Assembly (NCBI GenBank): GCA_963767005.1
Contig: CAVYCN010000004.1
Span: 480,001-544,000 of the forward strand
Origin: an uncultured Actinomycetes bacterium
GTDB taxonomy: Bacteria > Actinomycetota > Thermoleophilia > UBA2241
Reading direction: 5' to 3'
Length of the DNA: 64,000 nucleotides
How positions within the stretch are numbered: position 1 is the first letter of the stretch; every line of letters begins with the position of its first letter. The position numbers were made by a program, and so were the translations under genes. Under the pieces are notes generated by a model. The model searched no databases. It saw only the letters and a list, made by a program, of their open reading frames with translations, and had not been told where the DNA came from. Shown here piece by piece: positions 29,165 through 39,899 of this stretch.

Positions 29165-29243
29165 GCGGGTTGCCTTGCCGGTTGCGGCAGCGCCGAAACG
29201 CAGGTAGACGACCGGCGGCGCCTGCCCACGCCGTGCCGACCGA

Positions 29244-29430
29244 TCAGCGCGCTGAGCCGCGGCTTCTGCGACGAGCGTAGAAGGTGGCGACGCTGACCGC
29301 CTCGAGCGGCACGAGCTCGCTGCGGCCGGCACTGTGCTGGAGCAGCACCTCGTGGTGGATGAGGTCGACATCGACACCGAGCGTGCCGTTGCCGACCCAG
29401 AGCGGTCCCGTGGTCGGGCCCTCCAGGCTC
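29244..29430 (-). pseudogene. Internal fragment of a DUF5996-like gene
   Basis: GPTTGPL...VDVDLIHHEV...LEAVSVATFYA resembles the N-terminal third of DUF5996; neither end of the gene is present. Confidence 0.55.
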
Positions 29431-29578
29431 AGTCGCAGGGGGGGCATGCGCCCACTGGGCAAGCGGCGGCGTCAAGGCCAGCCGCAGCTTGCCGACGGTC
29501 CCGACAAGACCGCGTGAGGGCGCCGACACGGGTGACGCGGATCGGCCCCTTGTGCGACCTCCACGGGCCGTGGAGACG

Positions 29579-30304
29579 TCAGTGCCCGGCGGCTTGGCCG
29601 CCGTCGATATGCAAGCTCTCGCCGGTGACGAACGTCGCCCGTTCGAGGTACATGATCCCGTCGACGACATCGCCGATCTCGCCCATCCTGCCCAGGGGGT
29701 GCACGGCGGCCAGGCTCCTGTACGAGGCGGGGTCGGCGTGCATCTGCGTCCTGATCACTCCGAGGGATACGGCGTTCACCCTCACGCCGTGCGCGGCGTA
29801 TTCGATGGCGAGCGAGCGGGTGACGGCGTCGAGCCCGCCTTTGGTCAACGATGCGAGAGCGGCGGGGTCGGCGCTCCTGGCGTGATCGACGAGGCTGGTC
29901 GTGACATTGACGATGTGTCCGTGCCGCTGGTCGACCATCTGTCGTATGACGCGCTGCGTGATATGGAAGAACCCGGTCAGATTGACGGCGATCATCGCGG
30001 CATAGTCGTCCTGGGTGTACTCGGTGAACGGCTTGCCGATGAAGATCCCGGCGTTGTTCACCAGGGTGTCGATCCGTCCGAACCGATCGAGAGCCAGCCC
30101 GACCACCCGCTGCGCGGTCTCGGCATCAGCGATGTCCCCCGAGACCGTAAGCAGGTCGTGATCGTCGGGGCTGGGCATCGAGCGCGCCGTGCCGACCACC
30201 GCATAGCCGGCTGCGCGGAACGCGGCCGCGACGCCGGCCCCGATCCCCTGCGAAGCGCCGGTGACGATCGCGACGCCCGGCGACCTGGTGCGCTGCTCGG
30301 TCAA
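29579..30304 (-). CDS. SDR-family oxidoreductase
   Basis: TGASQGIG, VNNAG and DGG motifs; the catalytic Tyr position reads ASLTK. Confidence 0.92.
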   Translation of the reverse strand: MTEQRTRSPGVAIVTGASQGIGAGVAAAFRAAGYAVVGTARSMPSPDDHDLLTVSGDIADAETAQRVVGLALDRFGRIDTLVNNAGIFIGKPFTEYTQDDYAAMIAVNLTGFFHITQRVIRQMVDQRHGHIVNVTTSLVDHARSADPAALASLTKGGLDAVTRSLAIEYAAHGVRVNAVSLGVIRTQMHADPASYRSLAAVHPLGRMGEIGDVVDGIMYLERATFVTGESLHIDGGQAAGH

Positions 30305-30335
30305 TCGAGCCGGATGCCTGGTCGGAAGGCAGGCA

Positions 30336-30947
30336 TCAGGCCGCCCTCTTCGCCCCGGGCTCGGTCTGGGGGCTTGCGGCCTGCTTGTCCCAGCCGTGGA
30401 AGCGCGAGCGGTCGCCCGCCTCCCAGGCCTTGCGCAGCCCCGAGGTGCTCAAGTCCCAGTCGGGGCGGACCTCGCGGGTGACGGCCCGCAGGTCGCGGCG
30501 GAGGTCCTCGACCGAGGGGCGTCCCCAGAACCAGTAGCCGTTGTAGACGCTGGAGATGACGAGCCCGGGCTTGAGCACGAGCGTGTGCGGGATCATCGGG
30601 TCGTGCTCGGGGTCGGTGTACTCCTGGATGTCGAGGTCCTTCTGCACGATGCGCCCGGGGTCGGAGAGGAAGGGCCACTGGGCGCCGACCGAAGCGCGGA
30701 ACTCCTGCAGGGTGTGGTGGTCGTCGGTCGCGATCGTGACGATCCGCGTGTACGCCACGGCGATCTGCGGATAGAAGGCGGCAAGTTGCAGGTGCTGCTG
30801 GTGCTCCTTCGGGCAGAAGTGACCGCGCGCGAGTGTGAGGATCAAGGGATCGTCGCCCTGCAGCTCGCTGAGCTTGCGGGGGACGTTCTCGTGATCGGGC
30901 AGCTCGTAGTCGGGGAACGTGCCGCCGGGTGCGATATCGGAGCGCAT
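30336..30947 (-). CDS. Redoxin (AhpC/TSA-like) domain protein with a single Cys
   Basis: FPDYELPD, RGHFCPKE and FLSDP motifs. Confidence 0.85.
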   Translation of the reverse strand: MRSDIAPGGTFPDYELPDHENVPRKLSELQGDDPLILTLARGHFCPKEHQQHLQLAAFYPQIAVAYTRIVTIATDDHHTLQEFRASVGAQWPFLSDPGRIVQKDLDIQEYTDPEHDPMIPHTLVLKPGLVISSVYNGYWFWGRPSVEDLRRDLRAVTREVRPDWDLSTSGLRKAWEAGDRSRFHGWDKQAASPQTEPGAKRAA

Positions 30948-30961
30948 GGGAGGACCGCCTT

Positions 30962-31055
30962 TCAGGTTGCGGCGCGGGCTACGACGAACTGCTGGCCGCC
31001 TTCCAGGTCAATGGCCGCGCCTGTGAGCGCCGTGCTGGGCATGATGTGCACCGGC
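30962..31055 (-). pseudogene. 3' remnant of a second SDR gene
   Basis: Frame not listed in the track reads [23 protein letters not shown]...*, a typical SDR C-terminus. Confidence 0.55.
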
Positions 31056-32423
31056 GGCCATCGGCGGCCGCGCGCCAAGCGCCGCCCCCGATGCCGCCCC
31101 AATCGCGCGACGGAGCGCCTTCAACGCCTCGACGTAGATCTCCGAGAAGGTCGGGAACGGCTGGATCGTGTCGGCCAGGACGGTGAGCGGGACGTGGGCG
31201 CGGATCGCCAGCGTGGCCTGTTGCAGCCACTCACCTGCCTCGGGGCCGAGGGCGTAGGCGCCGGTCAGTCGGTCGCCGTCGCTGAGGAGCGTCAGAAAGC
31301 CGTTCTCGTTCGCGTAGGCGTGCGTGTACGTGGCCGTCTTGGCGAGCTCCGACACAGGGACGGTGGCGCTGAAGCGGCCGGCGGTCGCGCCCACAGCAGC
31401 GGCCTGCGGGTCGGTGTAGACCACGCGCGGCACCGCCTCGTAGTTGGCCTTGCGCGGCTCGCCGAGGATGTTGGCGGCGACCACCTCGCCCTCGTACTTG
31501 CCGACGTGGGTCAGCGGCCAGATGCCGGTGACGTCGCCGATCGCCCACAGCTTCTCTGCCGCCCGCAGGTGCTCGTCGACCGGGACCCCATGCGGGTCGG
31601 GCTCGACGCCGACGGTCTCGAGGCCGAGATCGCGCACCCGCGGACGCCGGCCCGTGGCGACGAGCAGCCGGTCGCCGCGCAGCTCGCGCCCGTCGTCGAG
31701 CGCGAGGACGTACTCCCCGCCCGCGCGCCGCGCGGCGGCCGCGCTGGCCGACAGGACCAGCTCGACGCTCTCGCGGCGGAGGGCCTCGCCGAGTGCCTCG
31801 CCCAGCGGCGCCGGCTCCCGGGCGAGCACGTGCGTGCCCCTGTCGACGACGACCGCCTCGCCGCCGAACCGGCGCACGACCTGGGCCATCTCCGCTCCGA
31901 CCGGCCCGCCGCCGAGGATGAGGAGGCGCTGCGGCACGGCCTTCATCGAGGTCGCCTCGCGGCTCGTCCAGACACCGTCGAGCTCGCGCAGGCCCGGCAC
32001 CTGCGGCATCACGGGATCGGCGCCGTTGGCGAGGACCACGTGGTCGGCGGTGTGGCGCACGCCGTCGACCTCGACGACGCCCGGACCGGCGAGCCGGCCG
32101 TTGCCGCGCAGCAGGTCGATGCCATGGTCGGCCAGCCAGCGCTCCTGGCCGGCGTCGGACCAGTCGGAGACCATGAAGTCGCGCCAGGCGAGCGCGGCCG
32201 CGACGTCGACCTCGGCGCTGGCCGCGGCGTCGCGCGCCCCCTGGACGGCCTCGCCCGGACGCAGCAGCGTCTTCGACGGGATGCAGGCCCAGTACGAGCA
32301 CTCGCCACCCACGAGCTCGCGTTCCACGACGGCCACGTGCAGGCCACCCTCCGCCAGAGCACCGGCGCAATGCTCGCCCGGCGAGCCGGCGCCGAGCACG
32401 ATCACGTCGTAGTCGCTGCTCAT
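31008..32423 (-). CDS. FAD-dependent pyridine nucleotide-disulfide oxidoreductase (dihydrolipoamide dehydrogenase-like)
   Basis: [25 protein letters not shown] and AIGD motifs; C-terminal FPTFSE. Confidence 0.92.
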   Translation of the reverse strand: MSSDYDVIVLGAGSPGEHCAGALAEGGLHVAVVERELVGGECSYWACIPSKTLLRPGEAVQGARDAAASAEVDVAAALAWRDFMVSDWSDAGQERWLADHGIDLLRGNGRLAGPGVVEVDGVRHTADHVVLANGADPVMPQVPGLRELDGVWTSREATSMKAVPQRLLILGGGPVGAEMAQVVRRFGGEAVVVDRGTHVLAREPAPLGEALGEALRRESVELVLSASAAAARRAGGEYVLALDDGRELRGDRLLVATGRRPRVRDLGLETVGVEPDPHGVPVDEHLRAAEKLWAIGDVTGIWPLTHVGKYEGEVVAANILGEPRKANYEAVPRVVYTDPQAAAVGATAGRFSATVPVSELAKTATYTHAYANENGFLTLLSDGDRLTGAYALGPEAGEWLQQATLAIRAHVPLTVLADTIQPFPTFSEIYVEALKALRRAIGAASGAALGARPPMAAGAHHAQHGAHRRGH

Positions 32424-32667
32424 GCCGACCTCCTTCGGTGCTCCTCTGCGGGCTCCGGCCCGAGCATCATCGACCCGCGTCTGCCGCGCTGCTCGCACTA
32501 CCCATGACCAGCTACCTTGCCAGTTTCTCGCTGCAAATAACCGCAGTCTCGGGGAAGCTCGCGACCGCGACGTGAGTGACGTGCGACCCCTTGCCACTGC
32601 AGTGTCGCCCGCGCCGCCGCCGGGTAGCCTACGAGGGCACACATCGTCGCGCGGCAAAGGAGTCGTC

Positions 32668-33144
32668 GTGCCAAACCCTGTCGAGCACGTCGCGATACCG
32701 GAGCAGACGATCGCCTACCTTGGGGTACACGGCTCGGTGAGAGAGACGCGGGAGCCGTTTGCGCGATTGTTCGCCGCGCTCGCCGCGGCCGGCGTGTCGC
32801 CGGCCGGCCCGCCGATGGTGCGTTTCGACCTGGACCTCTCCGACCCCGACGACGCCGACTACGAGGTGGCCGTACCGATTGCCCTCGGTCCCAACGGAAC
32901 GCTGCCCGACAACCCCGACGACGTGCGCTGCGGCACCGTGCCGGCCCATTACGCCCTCGTGACCACTCACAGAGGTCCCTACGAAGAGATCGGCGCGGGC
33001 TACGTGGCGCTCACCGAGGAGCTCGACTCCCTGGGCCACGCAGTCGCCGGTCCGGCCAGCGAGGTCTACCTGGTCGGTAGCGACAGCGGCGCGGCGCCGG
33101 CCGATCTCGTCACGGAAGTGCGGCTGCCGGTCGACGCCGGCTAG
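32668..33144 (+). CDS. GyrI-like small-molecule-binding protein
   Basis: [13 protein letters not shown] and TEVRLPV motifs; AAGGAG RBS. Confidence 0.88.
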   Translation: MPNPVEHVAIPEQTIAYLGVHGSVRETREPFARLFAALAAAGVSPAGPPMVRFDLDLSDPDDADYEVAVPIALGPNGTLPDNPDDVRCGTVPAHYALVTTHRGPYEEIGAGYVALTEELDSLGHAVAGPASEVYLVGSDSGAAPADLVTEVRLPVDAG

Positions 33145-33438
33145 GGGTTGCTGGTCGAGCGGGGTGAGATGCTCCTGCCGCTCGCCCCGTCGCAGGCTGA
33201 CGGCAAGTACGTCGGAGCACCCGAAGCGCGAGGTGTGCCGGCGGCTCCGCTTATCGCCACGCTCTTAACACGGTCGTAAAGAAGCGGCCGAAACAACGCG
33301 CCCGCGACGGCGTCCAACGCCGTGCAGAGAAGCTCCTGCGACGACGGCTCCGACGCCCACTCGGGAGTGCGAGGTGAACAGGTCTTCTGCAGGCGTGGCG
33401 CTCGTCGTGTGCCGACGGGCGGGCGTGCCACCACTCCT

Positions 33439-35070
33439 ATGACGGCACCCGGCGCCCGCGGCCGGCGCCCCCTGCTTGTCGCTCTCACCCTCGCTGTCGC
33501 CCTCGCCCTGGGCTGCTCGCTGCGCATCGACACCATCGAGCACAAGCACGGCTTGCACGTCGACGAGGCGTGGGATTACGTCACGGCGACCGGCCATCTG
33601 CGGGCCTTTCAGACCGGCGTCGGTGAACCTCGCGGCCACTGGACGACAGCCGCCACCTGGCAGGCGCTCTGGCACCCACAGGCTGTCTGGGACTTTCGTC
33701 AGATCTCGCTCGACCTCGCCCGCTTCGACGTGCACCCGGCGCTCTACTTCTGGCTGCTGCACGTCTGGGTGCTGCTGTTCGGCGTGACGTTCTGGTCGGG
33801 GCCGTTGCTCAATATCCTTGTGGATGTCGCCACCGGGACGGCGCTGTTCTTTCTGGCCCGACGCCTGCTGCGCGACCCGCTGGCGGCCGCGCTGGTCGTG
33901 CTGTGGTGGTCTGTGAGTCCGCCCGTGCGGCTCACCTCGTCCATCGCGCGCATGTATCCGCTGCTCGCCCTCTTTGCCGTGCTCTTTGTCTGGGTGCTGC
34001 TCGTGGCGATCGACTGCCGCGCCGCGGCTCGGCGGCCCATGCTCACCCTTATTGCGCTGGCGCTGGCCACCGCCGGCGGCCTGCTCACGCAGTACCAGTT
34101 CGCGCTCATCGTGATCGGCGGCGCGCTGCTCGCCGTGGTCGCGCTGGCTCGTGGCGCAGGACGTCGCTGTCTGCAGGTCCTGGGCGCCCTCGCGGCTGGC
34201 GTGCTCATCACGCTCGCGGTCCAGCCCGGGGTGTACGGCCAGTTCCGTCGCGAGCAGGTCAAGGCTCGGGCGCAGTATGTCTCGCTGGGCGCGTTCGTCA
34301 CCAAGGTCGACGGTGCAGCCAGTAGCTTCTTCAGCTTCTTCGGGCTGGCCAGGCCCTGGTTTGGCCGGGCGGTCGGCGGCCTGGTCAGCATCGACGGCCT
34401 CATGCCGGGGCGCCGTCTCAGCGTCTATGCTCTGCTGGCCTTCTGGCTCGTCCTTGCCGCTCTCATCGTCGCCGTCATCGCCCTCTTGGTGCCGGCCCTC
34501 AGGCGCTGGTTCTGGCACCGCGACAGGACGGGCTGGCTCGCTCTGGTCCTGCTGGCCTGGGTCGCGGGTACGATCATCGCGCAGAACTTCGCCTTCTTGA
34601 GCGAGCCCAGGGTGCTGACCCCCCGCTACCTGGCCGTGGCCTTTCCCTTTCTCGCCTTCGTCCCGTTCCTGGTCGCCCGTTTTGTGACGCCGCGCTACGC
34701 CCATGCCGTGGTCGCCGCCTACTGCCTGGCCGTGGTCGCGGCCCTCACCTGGGGGCCCACCAACTACGCGCCCGGGCTGGGCACCTTCAAGGACCTGCGC
34801 TCCGCCCGTCGCGTCATGGTCGACACGGTCAGCCCCTACGAGCTGCCCTCCATCCTCTGGGACGTGCCGGCAGGCGCGCAGGTCGACATCGGCCCTCCGG
34901 GTGGACTGCGCAACGACCCGGTGCCCTGGCTCGGTGTGCTCGGGCCGGGCGACTTCTACGTGCACTGGGCCAACGGAAAGCCAGGCCCGCTGTCACTGCT
35001 GCTGGCTCGCCACAAGCTCGTCGCGCTCGGCAGGTCGCAGCGCAAGATCGTGGTCTTTCGCTTGAAGTAG
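33439..35070 (+). CDS. Polytopic GT-C glycosyltransferase (PMT/ArnT-like)
   Basis: DE motif after TM1; DVHPALYF, ARMY and PRY motifs; multiple TM helices. Confidence 0.82.
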   Translation: MTAPGARGRRPLLVALTLAVALALGCSLRIDTIEHKHGLHVDEAWDYVTATGHLRAFQTGVGEPRGHWTTAATWQALWHPQAVWDFRQISLDLARFDVHPALYFWLLHVWVLLFGVTFWSGPLLNILVDVATGTALFFLARRLLRDPLAAALVVLWWSVSPPVRLTSSIARMYPLLALFAVLFVWVLLVAIDCRAAARRPMLTLIALALATAGGLLTQYQFALIVIGGALLAVVALARGAGRRCLQVLGALAAGVLITLAVQPGVYGQFRREQVKARAQYVSLGAFVTKVDGAASSFFSFFGLARPWFGRAVGGLVSIDGLMPGRRLSVYALLAFWLVLAALIVAVIALLVPALRRWFWHRDRTGWLALVLLAWVAGTIIAQNFAFLSEPRVLTPRYLAVAFPFLAFVPFLVARFVTPRYAHAVVAAYCLAVVAALTWGPTNYAPGLGTFKDLRSARRVMVDTVSPYELPSILWDVPAGAQVDIGPPGGLRNDPVPWLGVLGPGDFYVHWANGKPGPLSLLLARHKLVALGRSQRKIVVFRLK

Positions 35071-35169
35071 GCGCAGAGGCGGCCGGGCACGGCCACGCGT
35101 CACGCGCCGCAGCCGCGCCACGAGCACGACCGCGGCGCCCGCGGCCCGACAGCGCACCGACGCCGGGTA

Positions 35170-35778
35170 TCAGCCGGAGCGGAGGGCCGCGAGCACCTCG
35201 GTGCTCGTCGAGACGCGCCCGATCCGCGGGAAGATCCGCGTCAGGGCGAACTCGTGATCGGCCGCACCGCGTGCGCTCATCGCGTCCTCGGCGAAGACGA
35301 GCGCATAACCGCGCTCGTAGGCGTCGCGGGCCGTGGACTCCACGCCGTAGTTGGTCGAGATGCCGGCCAGCACGATGGTGGCGATGCCGCGCCGGCGCAG
35401 CTGCAGGTCGAGGTCGGTGCCGTAGAAGGCGCCCCACTGTCGCTTGGCCACGACGAGGTCGCCCTCTTTGGGCCCGAGCTCGGGCACGATCTCGGCGAAG
35501 TCGGGCGAGGCCGGGCGGGGCGGCGCCGGCTCGTCGACCGGCACCCGAAGGCGATCACCGCCATCGGGTCGCAGGGCGACGTGGACGAGGACGACCGGGG
35601 CATGTGCGACGCGGAACGCATCGGCCAGCCGGGCCGCGGCGGCGATCACGTCAGCGGTCGAGTGAGGCGCGGCGGGGAAAGCGGTGATCCCGCGCTGCAG
35701 GTCGATCAGTACGAGTGCGGTGTCGTTCGGCTCGAGACGCGAGATCGGCATGGGCTCTCCCTTCGGTCGACTCCTCAT
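35170..35778 (-). CDS. Isochorismatase-family hydrolase (YecD-like)
   Basis: LIDLQ, KRQWGAFYGTDL and GISTNYGVESTAR motifs; an alternative ATG lies at 35751. Confidence 0.92.
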   Translation of the reverse strand: MRSRPKGEPMPISRLEPNDTALVLIDLQRGITAFPAAPHSTADVIAAAARLADAFRVAHAPVVLVHVALRPDGGDRLRVPVDEPAPPRPASPDFAEIVPELGPKEGDLVVAKRQWGAFYGTDLDLQLRRRGIATIVLAGISTNYGVESTARDAYERGYALVFAEDAMSARGAADHEFALTRIFPRIGRVSTSTEVLAALRSG

Positions 35779-37532
35779 GGCTTCAGCGCCCGGCGCCGCG
35801 TCGGGCGGACGCTGAAGCCCGGGCTCTGCGTGTCGGCCACAGCTCCACGATGCACGGGCTCGGGCTCACGGACGTAGCGCCCGCCACGGCTCCACGACGC
35901 CGCGGCCGCGACGAGGCAGGCGCCGATCGCGAAGTCGAAGGCGGCGTGCAGGCCCGACGAGAACGGGGGCGCGATGAGGTGGGGGAAGAAGCGTCGGCCG
36001 GTGAGCGTCGCGGCCTGCGCGGGCGAGACGTGAGCGAGCGTCGCGGCGCCGAGCAGATGCTGCATCGGGTTGTAGCCCAGGAAGGCGGCAAAGAGGGTTG
36101 AGACCGGCGGCAGATCGGCGACGCGAGTCGCGACGGCCGCCGGCACTCCCTGCCGCACCAGGCCTTGGAACAGGCTCGTCGGCAGGGCCGAGGCAAGGCC
36201 GATGATCATGAGGCTGAAGAAGACGCCGACCGACAGCACCTGGGCCGAGTTCTGGAACGTCTGGTTCATGCCGCCGCCCGCGCCGCGGTGCTCGGCCGGC
36301 AGGCTGTTCATGACGCCGGCCCGGTTCGGCGAGGCAAAGCAGCCCATGGCGAGGCCGGCGAGCAGCAGGATCGCGGCGAACGCCCAGTAGGAGAAGTCGA
36401 TGGGCAGGGCTTCGAGGAGCGCGAAGGCAGCCGCCATGGCGAGCATCCCGCCGGTCGCGAAGGGCCGCGCTCCGAAGCGGTCCGAGAGCACGCCCGACAG
36501 CGGCCCGGCGACGAGGATGCCGGCCGTCAGCGGCAGCATGTAGATGCCGGCCCACAGCGGCGTGCGCTCGAAGCTGTAGCCGTGCTGCGGCAGCCAGATC
36601 CCCTGCAGCCAGATGACGAGGATGAACATGAGCCCGCCGCGGCCCACAGCGGCAAGAAAGCTCGACAGCACGCCGGCGGTGAAGGCGCGGATGCGAAAGA
36701 GGGGCAGGCGGAACATGGGCGCCGCCACCTTGCTCTCGATGACGGCGAAGAGCATCAGGAGCGCCACCCCGGCGCTGAGCTCGGCGATGACGGCCGGGCT
36801 GGTCCAGCCCATGGCATGGCCGCCGTAGGGCTCGATGCCGTACGTGATGCCGACCATGACCGCGACCAGGCCGGCGGCGAAGGTGAGGTTGCCGGCCCAG
36901 TCGTTGGGGGCGCGGTGGCGCACGCCGCGCTCCTGCAGGCGCAGGTAGGCCCAGACGGTGCCGAACAGCCCGACGGGCACCGAGATCAGAAAGATCAGGC
37001 GCCAGTCGATCGGTCCGAGGATGCCGCCCAGCACGAGACCGATGAACATGCCGGCGATGCCGGCCGCCTGGTTGATGCCCAGGGCCATGCCGCGCTGGTC
37101 GGGCGGGAAGGCGTCGGTCAGGATGGCCGCGGAGTTGGCCAGCAGGAAGGCCGCGCCGACGCCCTGGAAGACGCGCATGACGACGAGCCAGGTAGCCCCT
37201 GCGCTGCCGTGCATCCAGGTGACGGTGAGCAGCAGCGAGAAGAAGGTGTAGAGAGCGAAGCCGAGGTTGTACATGCGCACGCGACCGAAGATGTCGCCGA
37301 GGCGGCCGAGGCTCACGACCAGCACGGCGGTCACCACCTGGAAGCTGAGGATCAGCCACAGCAGATAGAAGCTGTTGCCCGGCTGCAGCGGGTCGAGGCG
37401 GATGCCGCGAAAGACGTCGGGCAAGGCGATCAGCATGATCGAGATGTCGATGGTCGACATGAGCATGCCGAGGGTGGTGTTGGAGAGGGCGACCCACTTG
37501 TAGCGGTCGCCGTGTTGCGAAGAAGGGCTCAC
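35775..37532 (-). CDS. MFS transporter (DHA2-like, actinobacterial)
   Basis: YKWVALSNTTLG and GRLGDIFGR motifs; about 14 TM helices. Confidence 0.92.
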   Translation of the reverse strand: MSPSSQHGDRYKWVALSNTTLGMLMSTIDISIMLIALPDVFRGIRLDPLQPGNSFYLLWLILSFQVVTAVLVVSLGRLGDIFGRVRMYNLGFALYTFFSLLLTVTWMHGSAGATWLVVMRVFQGVGAAFLLANSAAILTDAFPPDQRGMALGINQAAGIAGMFIGLVLGGILGPIDWRLIFLISVPVGLFGTVWAYLRLQERGVRHRAPNDWAGNLTFAAGLVAVMVGITYGIEPYGGHAMGWTSPAVIAELSAGVALLMLFAVIESKVAAPMFRLPLFRIRAFTAGVLSSFLAAVGRGGLMFILVIWLQGIWLPQHGYSFERTPLWAGIYMLPLTAGILVAGPLSGVLSDRFGARPFATGGMLAMAAAFALLEALPIDFSYWAFAAILLLAGLAMGCFASPNRAGVMNSLPAEHRGAGGGMNQTFQNSAQVLSVGVFFSLMIIGLASALPTSLFQGLVRQGVPAAVATRVADLPPVSTLFAAFLGYNPMQHLLGAATLAHVSPAQAATLTGRRFFPHLIAPPFSSGLHAAFDFAIGACLVAAAASWSRGGRYVREPEPVHRGAVADTQSPGFSVRPTRRRALKP

Positions 37533-37665
37533 GACAAGGGCCTACAATGCCGAGGAACGCGTCGCTCCCAACGTACCACAGGTCCCCGTCGCTCTGGTGA
37601 GGGGGGACTCGAGACACCTGCCCGCGGTTCGCGCCCCTGTCTGCCTGCAGGGCCGGCGTCGCTTC

Positions 37666-37929
37666 TCAGCCGGAGCCGGCGGCCCCCCACTGCTCGAGCT
37701 CCTCTTTGCCCCAGGGAGTCGGCGTCCACGGCGATTCCGGCAGGCCGGTGGTCTCGGTCAGAAGGATCGTACGTTCACTTGCCGGCTCCACCTTCAGCCC
37801 GTAGGGGCCGTGCCAGAGAAAGCGCGTGCCGTCCGCGGCGATGCAGGTCGCCTCGAAGCCGATGCCCAGCACGTCGGTCAGCGTGTATGTCGTCTGATGG
37901 CCCACCCCGGCTGCTCCGATGTCCGCCAT
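37666..37929 (-). CDS. Hypothetical protein or gene fragment
   Basis: 87-aa frame with protein-like composition and no recognised motif. Confidence 0.3.
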   Translation of the reverse strand: MADIGAAGVGHQTTYTLTDVLGIGFEATCIAADGTRFLWHGPYGLKVEPASERTILLTETTGLPESPWTPTPWGKEELEQWGAAGSG

Positions 37930-38060
37930 GCATGCCACTAGGAGTGTTCGGCAGCCCGGCGCGCCGTTGTGATGGGCAATGCTCCTCATTTGGACTGGGC
38001 AGTTGACGTTCAGTCACCAGACGCCCGTCGGCTGCAGCTAAGTCCAACAGGCCAGCGCCA

Positions 38061-39590
38061 TCACGACACACTCCCCACGTGTGACAGCACCCTCTCCAGG
38101 GCCTCGACCACGAGCGGGTCGAACCGGCCGCCGGCACAGCGTCGCATCTCTTCGAGGGCCGATTCTTGCGATTGCTCGAGGCGATACGGTCTGCGGTTCA
38201 CGAGCGCCTGGAAGGTCGCGGCGACTGCCGCGATGCGGGCCCCCAAAGGGATCTCCTCCCCCTTCAGGCGCGACGGATAACCGGCTCCGTCGAACCGTTC
38301 GTGGTGATGAGCAACAGCGTCGGCCACTGACACCGACGATGTCGCCGTTGCGCCGTCGGATCGGCGCCATCGCGCTGTTCCACACGCCGAACTCGTCGGC
38401 CGCGATGACGCAGAGGTCGGGGCGCTCGCCGGCCAGAGTGTGGGCGATCTCCTCGTCGTTGACGATGTCGTCGCCGAGATGTGAGCGATAGCCTTCATCC
38501 GTTTCTGTGTCGCACACGAAGACGTAGCGCCCGTCGCGCTCGGCCATCGTCGTGATGAACCGCACATCGGGATTGGCGCTCAGCACGGCACGCAAGCCGG
38601 CGACGATGCGGCGATACGCACTGTCGCCCTCCGCACCCTTCTCGGCCAGCTCGCGGTGCAGATCGCCGTCGATCTGCGCGGCGGCCAGCTCGGCGATGGC
38701 CAGCGCGCGGGACCGCGTCGCTGCGATCCTGTCGAGGACCCGCAGAAAGGCATCGACCATGAGCGGATCGAACTGTGAGCCCTTGCAGCGCTCAAGCTCG
38801 TCTCTGCACTGCGAGTAGCTCAGGGCGCGGTGGTAGGGCCGCTCGAACGACATGGCATCGTAGGAGTCGACGACACACATCGCGCGGGCGATCGCCGGAA
38901 TGTCCTCTCCAGCAAGCCCGTCCGGGTAGCCGCGTCCGTCGTGGCGCTCGTGATGGTGGCGCACCCCGAGCACGATATCGTCGCCATACAGGGGCCGGAC
39001 GATCTCTGCGCTCAGGACCGGATGCTGACGCATGAGCGCCCCCTCACGATCGTTGAGCTTGCCCGCCTTGGTGAGTATCCGGTCGGAGATCGCGATCTTG
39101 CCGATATCGTGCAGATAGGCGGCCTCGCCGATAGAGCGGATGATCTCGTCGGGCCAGCCCAGCTCGCGGCAAAGCAGCATGAGATAGGCCGCCACTCGTG
39201 CCGTGTGCCCCAGCGTGTAGTAGTCCTTGGCATTGAGCGCCGTGCAGAGAGTGCGCAGGTTGTTGGTGTGCACGTGCCTGATGTTCTCGTACTGGCGCGC
39301 GTTCTGAATGGCGATCGCCGCGAGGTTGGCAAAGAGCATCGCGGGCTCCACCTCGTCGGTGCCGAAGACCCGACCGCCCGTGCGATCGAGGGCCAGCACG
39401 CCGATGACGTCGTCGCCGAACGGTGAGCGGCGCAATGATCGACGCCTGGGGCTCCGGCTCGGTGCCGGCCACGAGCACGCCGCGAGGGTCGGTCAGCATG
39501 TCGTTGACGAGCTGTGCCTCGTTGTGGCGTATGACCCAGCCGCTCACGCCCTCGTCGAGGCGAATGCTCCCGCGGCCGATAGGGCGCGCC
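38061..39590 (-). pseudogene. Degraded GAF / HD-GYP / HD-GYP cyclic di-GMP phosphodiesterase
   Basis: GAF split by a frameshift near 39430; first HD-GYP has HDIGK and HHERHDGRGYP; only the C-half of a second HD-GYP (HHERFDGAGYP) remains, in another frame after ~38330; no 5' end. Confidence 0.85.
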
Positions 39591-39592
39591 CC

Positions 39593-39754
39593 CAATCGCT
39601 CATGGATGAACGAACAAGCAGTGGTGACGGCCACGGCCTCGGCCTGTCGATCCTGCGCGCCATCGTAGACGTACACGGAGCAGTCGTGAACGCTGAACCC
39701 CAGCAGGAAGGGGGACTCAGGGTGGCGGTCGTCTTTCCGCCGCGCGCAACCTGA
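39593..39754 (+). pseudogene. C-terminal fragment of a sensor kinase HATPase domain
   Basis: GHGLGLSILRAIVDVHG...GGLRV..F G2-box with no upstream kinase. Confidence 0.8.
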
Positions 39755-39847
39755 CCGCTCTGCCGCTCAGGCGCTGCTTCGGTGCAACTGTGGCGCTGGT
39801 CTTGGCGATTGCCGCCTGAAGGTAGCTGCGCGCACGAGGTCGGGTGC

Positions 39848-39878
39848 TTGACTTTGCCCTTGGGGCAGGGGCCACAGT
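39848..39878 (+). promoter_or_regulatory. MerR-type promoter with 19-bp spacer and dyad
   Basis: TTGACT-N19-CACAGT with a TGCCC-N3-GGGCA inverted repeat in the spacer, directly upstream of a MerR gene. Confidence 0.7.
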
Positions 39879-39899
39879 GCAAGCGGAGAACCGAGGAGG

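Noticed and set aside
30336-32423. Selenocysteine or stop-codon recoding in the redox genes
   Set aside because: No in-frame TGA at catalytic positions.
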